A DNA stretch of 64,000 nt, taken from IMG/VR virus record IMGVR_UViG_3300042540_001822, positions 1-64,000 of that record. One strand, 5' to 3'. The notes beneath the pieces are model-generated. The model was given only the letters and a program-made list of their open reading frames with translations, searched no databases and was not told where the DNA came from. The stretch's first letter is position 1. Each line of letters opens with the position of its first letter. Below are positions 39,092-46,682 of the stretch, one piece after another. Both the position numbers and the translations under genes were made by a program.

Positions 39092-39340
39092 CTATTTAAT
39101 CTTAGTTCCTTTTGGAACAAATTTCTTCAAATCTTTTTTCAATTGTTTATCTACTGATTTAGAGTATTCTTCATCATTTTCAATCATCCAAGTATGAAGT
39201 TGAAGAAATTCTTTTTCTGATAGAGTTTCACCATCTAATTTACGTTGAATAAGTTTAGATATTTTACTATCTATAAAATCAGATATATTCAAGTTTTCTT
39301 GATGTTCGTTGAAACTTTGTATGTGTTTATTACCTTTCAT
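39092..39340 (-). CDS. hypothetical protein with CTS-like N-terminus
   Basis: KHIQSFNE; AATATATA at 39360-39367. Confidence 0.6.
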   Translation of the reverse strand: MKGNKHIQSFNEHQENLNISDFIDSKISKLIQRKLDGETLSEKEFLQLHTWMIENDEEYSKSVDKQLKKDLKKFVPKGTKIK

Positions 39341-39382
39341 CTTCGTAAATTGTTTTTAGTATATATTAAAAAGAAAACCTAA

Positions 39383-39436
39383 ATACAACAAATGAGAAAC
39401 AACATTAAAACGATTGTTTATCACACGACGTTGGCA
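39383..39436 (+). mobile_element. attC-like site j (54 nt)
   Basis: CAAC-AAATGAGAAACAA-CATTAAAACGA-TTGTTTATCACACGAC-GTTGGCA. Confidence 0.7.
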
Positions 39437-39720
39437 ACCACCTCTGTTGGAATTATTGTAAAATCCACCACTCTATACACACCATTTTCGTCTTCAAAAG
39501 AAATCTTACCAAATGTTTGTCCATTTTTAGTTTCCGAATCAGATACGTTAGTTTCAAACTTCAAATTTGAGTTTAATCGATCTTGTAAAATTTCTTTCAA
39601 ATCATCTACTGGTCCAAATAAGTTTTCTTCTATGAAAGACTTTACCTCGACTTCCACCAACATTCCTCTGTGACTTCTGTTTTCTATTTTCATCATGATT
39701 TTGGGTTTTAATTTGTGCAC
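39421..39720 (-). CDS. hypothetical protein whose C-terminus reads into attC j
   Basis: Ends …EVVANVV*; -7 box at 39742. Confidence 0.55.
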   Translation of the reverse strand: MHKLKPKIMMKIENRSHRGMLVEVEVKSFIEENLFGPVDDLKEILQDRLNSNLKFETNVSDSETKNGQTFGKISFEDENGVYRVVDFTIIPTEVVANVV

Positions 39721-39789
39721 CTTAGTTTATGGTTTGTTTTACAAATATACAAATAGGTTTTTTATTTAGTCTATATAAATATTCAAAAA

Positions 39790-40284
39790 TTAAAATCCCC
39801 CGCCGCCCCCTTTAAAATTAGGAACTAAATTGTATTTGATCCTATTATCATTCAGCATTTTTTGGACATCATCAAACTTATGATCATTTTTAAGATGTTC
39901 TAAAATGTCAATTTGTATAATGTAATCAAATATTGGAAAAGTTTCTTTGTTGGTAAAAATTCGTTCTTCCGATTGTGATTTATTAAATTTAAAGTAGGTG
40001 ACTGGTTTTATAACAAAACGATTTGATATTTTATCCCCGTCTAACATTATCCTGATACCACCCCATGTAAGAGATTTGTTTCTTGTACAGGAAACACTAT
40101 AATCGTAATTATATTTAGGCAAGTCATTATATCTTGTCAGAAATGTTTTGCTTTCTAATATAAAATATAAATTCATAAGATGGGTGAAATGGTATATTAT
40201 TCCTTCATTTTTTGATTCCTCTAAATGATCCTTCATCAAGAAGTTTTTAAACTTGTCAATGTGTTGTCTCATTTCTTTACTCAT
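39790..40284 (-). CDS. ART-like protein (DarT/DUF4433-like YHFT motif) with CTS-like N-terminus
   Basis: IIYHFTHLMNLYFILES...SVSCTR; AATATATA at 40296-40303. Confidence 0.5.
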   Translation of the reverse strand: MSKEMRQHIDKFKNFLMKDHLEESKNEGIIYHFTHLMNLYFILESKTFLTRYNDLPKYNYDYSVSCTRNKSLTWGGIRIMLDGDKISNRFVIKPVTYFKFNKSQSEERIFTNKETFPIFDYIIQIDILEHLKNDHKFDDVQKMLNDNRIKYNLVPNFKGGGGGF

Positions 40285-40416
40285 AGTTTTATCTTTATAT
40301 ATTAAATCTCAGAACTAAATGTTTTGAAGAAACTTTATGGGCAATGCTAATAATCAGATGTCTTAACAAAATTATACATTTAACATTCTACTTCATTTAA
40401 ATCCGATATAACTCGA

Positions 40417-40671
40417 TTTACTCTGCCCTACTTGACTTCATCTTAGACTTCACCATAGACTCTGCCCTAGACTTCACCATAGACTCTGCCCTAGACTTCA
40501 CCATAGACTCTGCCCTAGACTTCACCATAGACTTCACCATAGACTTCACCATAGACTCTGCCCTAGACTCTGCCCTAGACTTCACCATAGACTCTGCCCT
40601 AGACTTCACCATAGACTCTGCCCTAGACTTCACCATAGACTCTGCCCTAGACTTCACCATAGACTCTGCCC
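40417..40671. repeat. tandem array of two 12-bp units (TAGACTTCACCA x10, TAGACTCTGCCC x9)
   Basis: 19 perfect units at 40444-40671 plus degenerate leading copies. Confidence 0.95.
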
Positions 40672-41121
40672 ATTTTACATAACCCCTTTGTGCAAGCGCC
40701 CCCCGACCCAGTGCTTATTGTATATACGTGAGGGCCCCGGGTTTTTCCATGCTAAGGGTCCCCTAAATTGGTCCATTTAGACCCCTTCTAAGTCCGAGGG
40801 TCCCCCATTTATAACCGGGCCCTGTATAAGGGGCCTTTTACCCCCTAAAAAAGGACCCTGTTTTTACCCCCCTCCATGGACCGGAGGGGACCTATTTTAG
40901 GGTCCATTTGGGTGCTTCGGATTTCCCGGAATTTAAGGCTTATTTATAGAATAGGGTCCCCGGGATGGATTTGGATCCTTGGTCCCCAGCCCTCCCCCAG
41001 CCCATGGCCATTCTTGGGCCCCAAAAAAACCCCCAAAAACACCCGTTGTTTAATCTGTTCATTACCTGGTTTTCCGATGGATTCTTAACCCCGTTTAACC
41101 TCACGCCTAACCTCGGTCCAC

Positions 41122-41149
41122 AAAAAACCCCAGACCGTTAGGCCTGGGG
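41122..41149 (-). terminator. intrinsic terminator
   Basis: CCCCAGGCC-TAAC-GGTCTGGGG followed by a T-run. Confidence 0.85.
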
Positions 41150-41196
41150 CTTGAAGGAGGTCCAACCACGAACCCCCTTCGGGAGGGGGTCCCTTC

Positions 41197-41556
41197 TTAG
41201 TCTTCCCCCTCCTGGTCCATTGATTTTTTACGGTCCAGCCCTTCCAGCCCCCCAAACAACTTTTCCATCATTTTCATGACTTGGTCGTGATCGGATTTTT
41301 TCGTTGCGTGGATTTTCCCGAGGAAATAACCGGCCAGAAGAAGTTTCTTTTCGTAGCGTGACAGGGGACCAGGAACGTCCAGTTCTTCGTCCCGGATTTT
41401 CCTGCCAGATACGAGAATGGCTTCGGACAACTTGCTTTGACTTCGGAAAGATTGAATACAATCCTCCGCAAGTTGGTCGAAGTATTGTTCGGTGAGACCG
41501 AGGCCTCCGGAGATGGTCGAATCGTCGACCGGTGCGTCATGTGGATGCTGTGACAT
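41197..41556 (-). CDS. hypothetical protein, paralog of 51870
   Basis: MSQHPHDAP...SRYEKKLLLAGYF...MDQEGED. Confidence 0.75.
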   Translation of the reverse strand: MSQHPHDAPVDDSTISGGLGLTEQYFDQLAEDCIQSFRSQSKLSEAILVSGRKIRDEELDVPGPLSRYEKKLLLAGYFLGKIHATKKSDHDQVMKMMEKLFGGLEGLDRKKSMDQEGED

Positions 41557-41794
41557 AAAAGAAGGGTTTAAAAGGTTAGTGATGTAAAGATAAGAAAACG
41601 GGACGAAAGAAAAAAATGGAACCCCAAAAAAATCTGGGATTAGTTATCTGAAATGAAGTTGTCCTTTCCCCGCTTATAGAGCTTGGCTGACGGCTTTGCT
41701 TTCGTGGTCATTTTCCTACGGACAATTTGGGCAATGTGCCTTAAGGATAGACCGTGTTGCCAGGTGGTGGTTTCTTTTTGCATGGTGTGGTTGG

Positions 41795-42079
41795 TTATTT
41801 CTTTTTAAATTGTTCAAACCATCTTTCACAATGTTCATTTTTCAAATCTAATTCTTGTACAGGACTTCCATATCCTATATTAAAACCAATTTTAAAAGCA
41901 CTTTTTAATTCTTTCTCACTATGCATTCTTTCAGCTTGCCATTTAGCACCTTCAATCCAAAAAAGGCGTTTAATGGTTATAATTCTATTTTCAGAATCAT
42001 CTTTTGTGAAAGGAAATAATCTTTCAGCTGCCTCTTCAATTGTTTCTTGTTTAGGTTCTTCTGCTGTTGGTATGTTCAT
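41795..42079 (-). CDS. hypothetical protein
   Basis: QETIEEAAE...GAKWQAERM motif common in Bacteroidota-phage small ORFs. Confidence 0.65.
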   Translation of the reverse strand: MNIPTAEEPKQETIEEAAERLFPFTKDDSENRIITIKRLFWIEGAKWQAERMHSEKELKSAFKIGFNIGYGSPVQELDLKNEHCERWFEQFKKK

Positions 42080-42080
42080 A

Positions 42081-42449
42081 TTATTTATTTTTAACTATTT
42101 CTATCAATTTAATTAAACAAGCAAGTTCTGCTTCTTCTTCCTTTCCACCTCCAATAATATAATTAAACATTATTGTATGATGTGGAAATACACCATACTT
42201 ATCTTTTAGATTATACTTCTCTCTAAACCATCTAAATGCTTGTGAGAATGTTGGGGCGGATATACAATCCCCAATACTACCATAATAAGATTCTTGGTTA
42301 GTTTTTGGTGTGAGTTTACCCCAGTCACAGATACAAGGTATCAATTTGGGTGCATAAGTCCATTGCATAAAACAAGGTTCATTAAACCCAAGTTCTTTGA
42401 GTTCTAAGGCTTGTTCGTAAGGAACGAATTCTTTTTCTAAGGAGTTCAT
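42081..42449 (-). CDS. hypothetical protein
   Basis: ALELKELGFNEPC...APTFSQAFRWFREK. Confidence 0.7.
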   Translation of the reverse strand: MNSLEKEFVPYEQALELKELGFNEPCFMQWTYAPKLIPCICDWGKLTPKTNQESYYGSIGDCISAPTFSQAFRWFREKYNLKDKYGVFPHHTIMFNYIIGGGKEEEAELACLIKLIEIVKNK

Positions 42450-42802
42450 AACAAGTTTTTTAAAGTGTATTCGATAGCAGCTTCATAGGCTTCTGTTGGT
42501 GAGTTAGATTCCCCAATTTTTCCTGATAAAACTGCCATATCTCCAAACTTATGTTGAATACACGGATGCCATATCTTACCATTTGTATAGACATAGCACC
42601 AATATTCATGTTTCTCATACAACCACATTATCACTTCCACAATGGTTGGTATTGAAACAGATTGTTTGGTTAAGTTGTAGTTACCTAATGGCGCGTTATC
42701 AATTTGTGTATTACTAATTAGATCATAAAAAGAAGTGCATTTTTTTTTAAAATCTTTCTCTTTTAGCAACTTGCCTAATTCAAAACTTACTGAGGTGTTC
42801 AT
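42446..42802 (-). CDS. hypothetical protein, distant relative of 42081
   Basis: VSFELGKLLKEK...PTIVEVIMWLYEKH...SPTEAYEAAIEY. Confidence 0.7.
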   Translation of the reverse strand: MNTSVSFELGKLLKEKDFKKKCTSFYDLISNTQIDNAPLGNYNLTKQSVSIPTIVEVIMWLYEKHEYWCYVYTNGKIWHPCIQHKFGDMAVLSGKIGESNSPTEAYEAAIEYTLKNLL

Positions 42803-42814
42803 TTCTTTTATGTT

Positions 42815-42967
42815 TTAATCGTGTAGTTTTGTCCATTTAAAGAATCCTATTAGATACATTAGTAACATTCCAATACTTGGTGCTTCTCTAATAATTTCAT
42901 TACCATTTAAGAAAATACAAACTAAAACACCTAACCAAAATGGGTAATACTTTTTTATTTTTTCCAT
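42815..42967 (-). CDS. small membrane protein
   Basis: Start set at MEKIKKYY; two hydrophobic segments. Confidence 0.5.
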   Translation of the reverse strand: MEKIKKYYPFWLGVLVCIFLNGNEIIREAPSIGMLLMYLIGFFKWTKLHD

Positions 42968-43038
42968 TTTATAAATAATTTTTGGTAATGTAAATATAAG
43001 AAAAGACTTGGAAAGAAAAACCGAATCCCCGTTTTTTT

Positions 43039-44004
43039 CTATTCTGGATATAAACGAGCAAGGGCGCGCATCTCTAGAGAATCCCCGTCCAAAATCTGTT
43101 TTTGAACCCTTTCTTCTGTCGGGAGTTCCTGAGGTTCCACGGTTGGCTCTGCCCAAATAATTTCCCCGCCATTTCTGAGGTCAAAGTAAAGCCTTTTCCC
43201 GATGGATCCTCTTCTGTTTTTTGTGAACTCTAAGAAGGTGATGGATTTGTCCTCCTCGTCAAATCTCATTTCCAGCATGCCGGTCGTGGCGTGCTTTAAA
43301 CGATTGGATCCAAGAAAAACTCCGTCTTTGGTCACCTGTTGGATACACAGAAACGTGGTAAACTTGGACTGGGGGTTTCCTCCCATGTTGTGTTTCTTCA
43401 TAAGATTCACTAACCACTTCTGAGCAACAACAGATGAAATTTTGAGGGACTCCTGAACATATTCTTGAACCTCTACAAAAGAATCAATTAGGACAACATC
43501 GAACCCGAGGTCTAAGGCCTGTTCGAGTATGGTTTGAGGATTGTGGTCTATGAACTCCCCTAAAAACAGAGTTTGCAAAGTTGAGAGTCGAGGGAATCTT
43601 TGAACGTATTTGGCTAGATCTACCCTCGTCATTTCCGCAGAGACGAACAGACATTTGGCACCTTGCTCTGTCAGTGAAGCTAGGGTGTCCATGCCAACAG
43701 TGGATTTGCCAACACCCGGGTCTCCAACAAGAATCCAGTTGGTGGCTTTGGGTACTCCACCCTCCGGGGTGAAAAGGAAATCAAGGGCTGTCTGCGTGAG
43801 GTGATTTTCCCACAGAGAATCTGGAAATGACATAGAACCTAAAGAAAGGATCTCTAGCGCCTTGGCTGGTTTGGGAGATAGGGCAACGTGAGGGCCCTTT
43901 GTATTTACCCGGGCCGCAGCGGCCTTCTTCACAGCCGCAGCTATGCGGGCTTTGGCTTCTTCGGACATTGGTCTGCGTTGTCCTGTGGTGGTTTTTCTAG
44001 GCAT
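43039..44004 (-). CDS. RadA/Sms-like RecA-superfamily ATPase
   Basis: Walker A GDPGVGKST, Walker B VVLIDS, QVTKDG, KNRRG. Confidence 0.8.
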   Translation of the reverse strand: MPRKTTTGQRRPMSEEAKARIAAAVKKAAAARVNTKGPHVALSPKPAKALEILSLGSMSFPDSLWENHLTQTALDFLFTPEGGVPKATNWILVGDPGVGKSTVGMDTLASLTEQGAKCLFVSAEMTRVDLAKYVQRFPRLSTLQTLFLGEFIDHNPQTILEQALDLGFDVVLIDSFVEVQEYVQESLKISSVVAQKWLVNLMKKHNMGGNPQSKFTTFLCIQQVTKDGVFLGSNRLKHATTGMLEMRFDEEDKSITFLEFTKNRRGSIGKRLYFDLRNGGEIIWAEPTVEPQELPTEERVQKQILDGDSLEMRALARLYPE

Positions 44005-44081
44005 GGTTTGGAATTGAAATTTGAAGTAAAAAAAACCACGGGCCGAGAGGAGTGCTGTCTCCTCCCAAGCCCGTGGAGTTG

Positions 44082-44582
44082 TTAGGCTGGCTGAGAATCC
44101 AACCGATTGAGTTCGGTTGGAATTGCTGGGGTGGTTGGGTTGGTGTTGGCGAAGCAGTCATCCCCAAGGCCCCTTTCGATAGATTGGGGATTGGTGAGGG
44201 GAAGGCCACACCGGCAACACCGACCTTCGTGAAGAAGGGAAATTCCCTTGGTGCGAAGAAGGTGTGGATGAGCAACAGCGTTGAGGACGAAGTTGAACAC
44301 CTGGGCGAGTTGGGAGTTGGGGAGAAGATTTTTTGCGGGTTTGTAGGTCATGGTGTCCTGGAAGATGGTCCCCGCAAAAACCATGCCTTGTTCCTTGTCA
44401 CCCAGAAGGGAAATGTTGACAAAGAAAATGGGGAGACGGACCTTGCGGTCTTTTTTGTCCCGGGCCTGCTTCACATGCACTGTGATGTGCTTTTCGGTCG
44501 CAGGGTTGAAGAAGGTGAGGACTGCACGACCTGCAAAGAAGAGGCGTGGGAGGGAGAGGGGGTTGACGTTGGAACGTATCAT
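44082..44582 (-). CDS. DUF6011-type Zn-finger protein
   Basis: CCRCGLPLTNPQSIERGLGDDC; start set at MIRSNV. Confidence 0.75.
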   Translation of the reverse strand: MIRSNVNPLSLPRLFFAGRAVLTFFNPATEKHITVHVKQARDKKDRKVRLPIFFVNISLLGDKEQGMVFAGTIFQDTMTYKPAKNLLPNSQLAQVFNFVLNAVAHPHLLRTKGISLLHEGRCCRCGLPLTNPQSIERGLGDDCFANTNPTTPAIPTELNRLDSQPA

Positions 44583-45070
44583 AGGTGGTTGGTTTATAAT
44601 GTAAAGATACGACATATCCCCGAGGATAAAAAATTAAACCCCGTTTTTTTCCAATTTATTTTTGGTCCAAAATTCCCCGGAGAAAACAAAGAATGCATAC
44701 GCATAAAACCCCGGGGTTTCCCATCCTGGCTTGGCCCAGCCTGGGCAGGCTGGGGCTCGGGCCTTGGCTGGGGATGGATAGGCCTTACCAGGCCAGGCTG
44801 GACCTGAGGTTAATAACCCGACGGTTTGATGTGTTTTATGGTTGGTTTCGTTCGGGGTTTTCGTGTGAAGTGGAAAGGGTATAAGAAGGTAGGATTAATT
44901 TAATGGAAAAAAACATACTCAAAACCTTTACTTTATGGAAAAAATGAATTGAAAATTGCCAATGATGATATTTTGGTGGAATAAAAAAGGCCCTCTTTTA
45001 TCGCGCGCTAAGAGTATGTTAGTGACATACTATGTTTTTGGGGGCCTTACCTATTTAAGCAAATAAGTTT

Positions 45071-45262
45071 TTACAAGGAATGATTATACCCATTAACCAA
45101 TCGTTCTGCAAATTCTTTATCCCTAGTTTTTAGGATAAGGTTTTTTGTTTGTTCTACATGCCCTCTGTGTATCTCATATTCTGTTGGAAATTTGCGTTCC
45201 AACAAAACAAGAGAATCTTTACCTTTAACAAATGCTTGACAGGAATCAGGGTTTGGTTTCAT
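45071..45262 (-). CDS. hypothetical protein
   Basis: ORF track. Confidence 0.55.
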   Translation of the reverse strand: MKPNPDSCQAFVKGKDSLVLLERKFPTEYEIHRGHVEQTKNLILKTRDKEFAERLVNGYNHSL

Positions 45263-45300
45263 GGGTTAGGTGTTACACGAATATACAAGTTATCGGAAAT

Positions 45301-45645
45301 TCATTTTTTTCCCGGATCAGTGTAAAAACAAAGTGTGTGGAATAAACCAAATGAAATTGATTTGAACTCTCTCGAAAAAATGTTGTAAGTGTTGAATAGT
45401 TCTTCAAACTCAAAATACATTTTATGTAGAATTTCATTTGCTTTTTCCCTTTCAATCTTACCTTTCTCTTGTTCAATTCTAACATCTAATGCGTTCCAAG
45501 CCAACGAATATACTCTTGCAATTAGTTTATCTGAAAATACCCCACACAACTGCATATTAGCCAGAAGTTTATTGTGTGCTTCGTAGTTTGGTTGAAGTTT
45601 TTTTAATTCTTTTGGTGGTTCACCAACTTGATAATCTAAGTTCAT
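45301..45645 (-). CDS. hypothetical protein
   Basis: Promoter at 45666; left end GTTATCGGAAATTCATTTTT identical to 33379. Confidence 0.65.
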   Translation of the reverse strand: MNLDYQVGEPPKELKKLQPNYEAHNKLLANMQLCGVFSDKLIARVYSLAWNALDVRIEQEKGKIEREKANEILHKMYFEFEELFNTYNIFSREFKSISFGLFHTLCFYTDPGKK

Positions 45646-45708
45646 ATGTTTAGTGTTTGTTTTTACAAATATACAAATAAATTTCTAAATTTTCAAATCT
45701 TATCTACA

Positions 45709-45948
45709 CTAATATACAAGTTGTAGGTAATGCCTTGAAAACCATTCCTCAAATTTCAATGCTTTGTCAGGAACATCTTTAATATCAGTATCCACACTTC
45801 TATTTTTGTATTGTTCCATATCAAACATTCTACCATTACTCCACGCCTTTCTAAGATGTTCCTTGAAAAAGGCACTACTCATAACAGCAGATATAAGCAA
45901 TTGCTCATCGCTGTTATTAAGTTTTTGTTGTTTATTATCATTCTTCAT
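45709..45948 (-). CDS. cassette-derived protein that starts inside the attC k loop
   Basis: Leader …EQLLISAVMSSA. Confidence 0.65.
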   Translation of the reverse strand: MKNDNKQQKLNNSDEQLLISAVMSSAFFKEHLRKAWSNGRMFDMEQYKNRSVDTDIKDVPDKALKFEEWFSRHYLQLVY

Positions 45949-46008
45949 ATTATCAAATTTTGTCTGTTAATTAAAAGAGCAACTGCTCATATCTGCAAAC
46001 CGTTTTAG
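45879..46008 (+). mobile_element. attC-like site k
   Basis: GCAGATATAAGCAATTGCTC/GAGCAACTGCTCATATCTGC, 18 of 20 pairs with two A.C mismatches; R' degenerate. Confidence 0.7.
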
Positions 46009-46021
46009 CTAATAAAATTTA

Positions 46022-46237
46022 CTACGCCTTTACCCATTTTTTACCATTGTGTTTTAATTCTACAACTTGTTTTAATTTCGTTTGTTCATCGTATGCTTCA
46101 ACATTACTACTGTCTAAAGGGTGTTCACCCCATCTGCTGTAAGTAAGTTGTTGTTCCCACAATTCTCTTGCCTGTTTTTCGTCCTTTGCCATTATTACAA
46201 CTTCTGCTTTAATAATGAATTTTTTAATTGTTTTCAT
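46022..46237 (-). CDS. hypothetical protein
   Basis: ORF track. Confidence 0.55.
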   Translation of the reverse strand: MKTIKKFIIKAEVVIMAKDEKQARELWEQQLTYSRWGEHPLDSSNVEAYDEQTKLKQVVELKHNGKKWVKA

Positions 46238-46278
46238 AATCCGTAAATTTTCAAATCTTACCTACACTAATATACAAG

Positions 46279-46656
46279 TTAGCGGTCAGCTTTAGACAGT
46301 TCACTTTTCAGCCACTCTTTACGCCAATTAAGACAGTAGTTAATGGCATCTTCAAGTTTCTTAAACTCTTTACTATGCGGTAATTCCATAAACATTGAAA
46401 TATCGTGAACATTACACACATCGTGTTTAGTTCTTGGACACACCCACCAATGAGTTTTTTTGTATTTAGTATAATCTTTGTTATCAGGTGGACAACCATC
46501 TAACCCACAAATAACATCAAAAGGCATAAAGATACCTTTCCAAACAACTTCCCAGCATCCACTACCTTCTGAATAGTTTTTGGGAGTTTTCAATGACCAA
46601 GCCGAACCGCTAACACGGGTTTGGCAAAATGGCTGTTCAGTAATTCTATTTGACAT
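46279..46656 (-). CDS. cassette-derived protein
   Basis: Leader …PFCQTRVSGSA; cassette 46278-46614. Confidence 0.65.
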   Translation of the reverse strand: MSNRITEQPFCQTRVSGSAWSLKTPKNYSEGSGCWEVVWKGIFMPFDVICGLDGCPPDNKDYTKYKKTHWWVCPRTKHDVCNVHDISMFMELPHSKEFKKLEDAINYCLNWRKEWLKSELSKADR

Positions 46657-46682
46657 ACCTATAACATAACAAGTGATATATG

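Larger units (their letters stand above)
26774..45697 (-). promoter_or_regulatory. Bacteroidota sigma70-type promoters TTTG-N20-TAnnTTTG (dispersed)
   Basis: Exact 20-nt spacing at 26774-26805, 31819-31850, 32207-32238, 33282-33313, 34179-34210, 45666-45697. Confidence 0.8.
45272..46277 (+). repeat. second attI-like repeat (…TACACTAATATACAA|GTT), 3 copies
   Basis: Junction G at 45289, 45720, 46278. Confidence 0.75.

Noticed and set aside
40418-40660. (MVKSRAES)n ORF as a confident gene
   Set aside because: An open frame is expected in a stop-free 12-bp repeat; kept only as one hypothesis in the findings
40444-40671. CRISPR reading of the 12-bp array
   Set aside because: Units are contiguous with no unique spacers
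41228-41540. Alternative-frame ORFs overlapping 41197..41556
   Set aside because: The paralog at 51870 conserves only the MSQHPHDAP frame
43997-44884. Long + and - strand ORFs (44052..44807 and others)
   Set aside because: Shadows caused by high local GC; they overlap the motif-bearing DUF6011 gene
27103-46008. attC-like hairpins as simple terminators or REP elements
   Set aside because: No U-tracts; consistent AAC/GTT ends, one-sided mismatch bias and unit-specific end pairing fit recombination sites better
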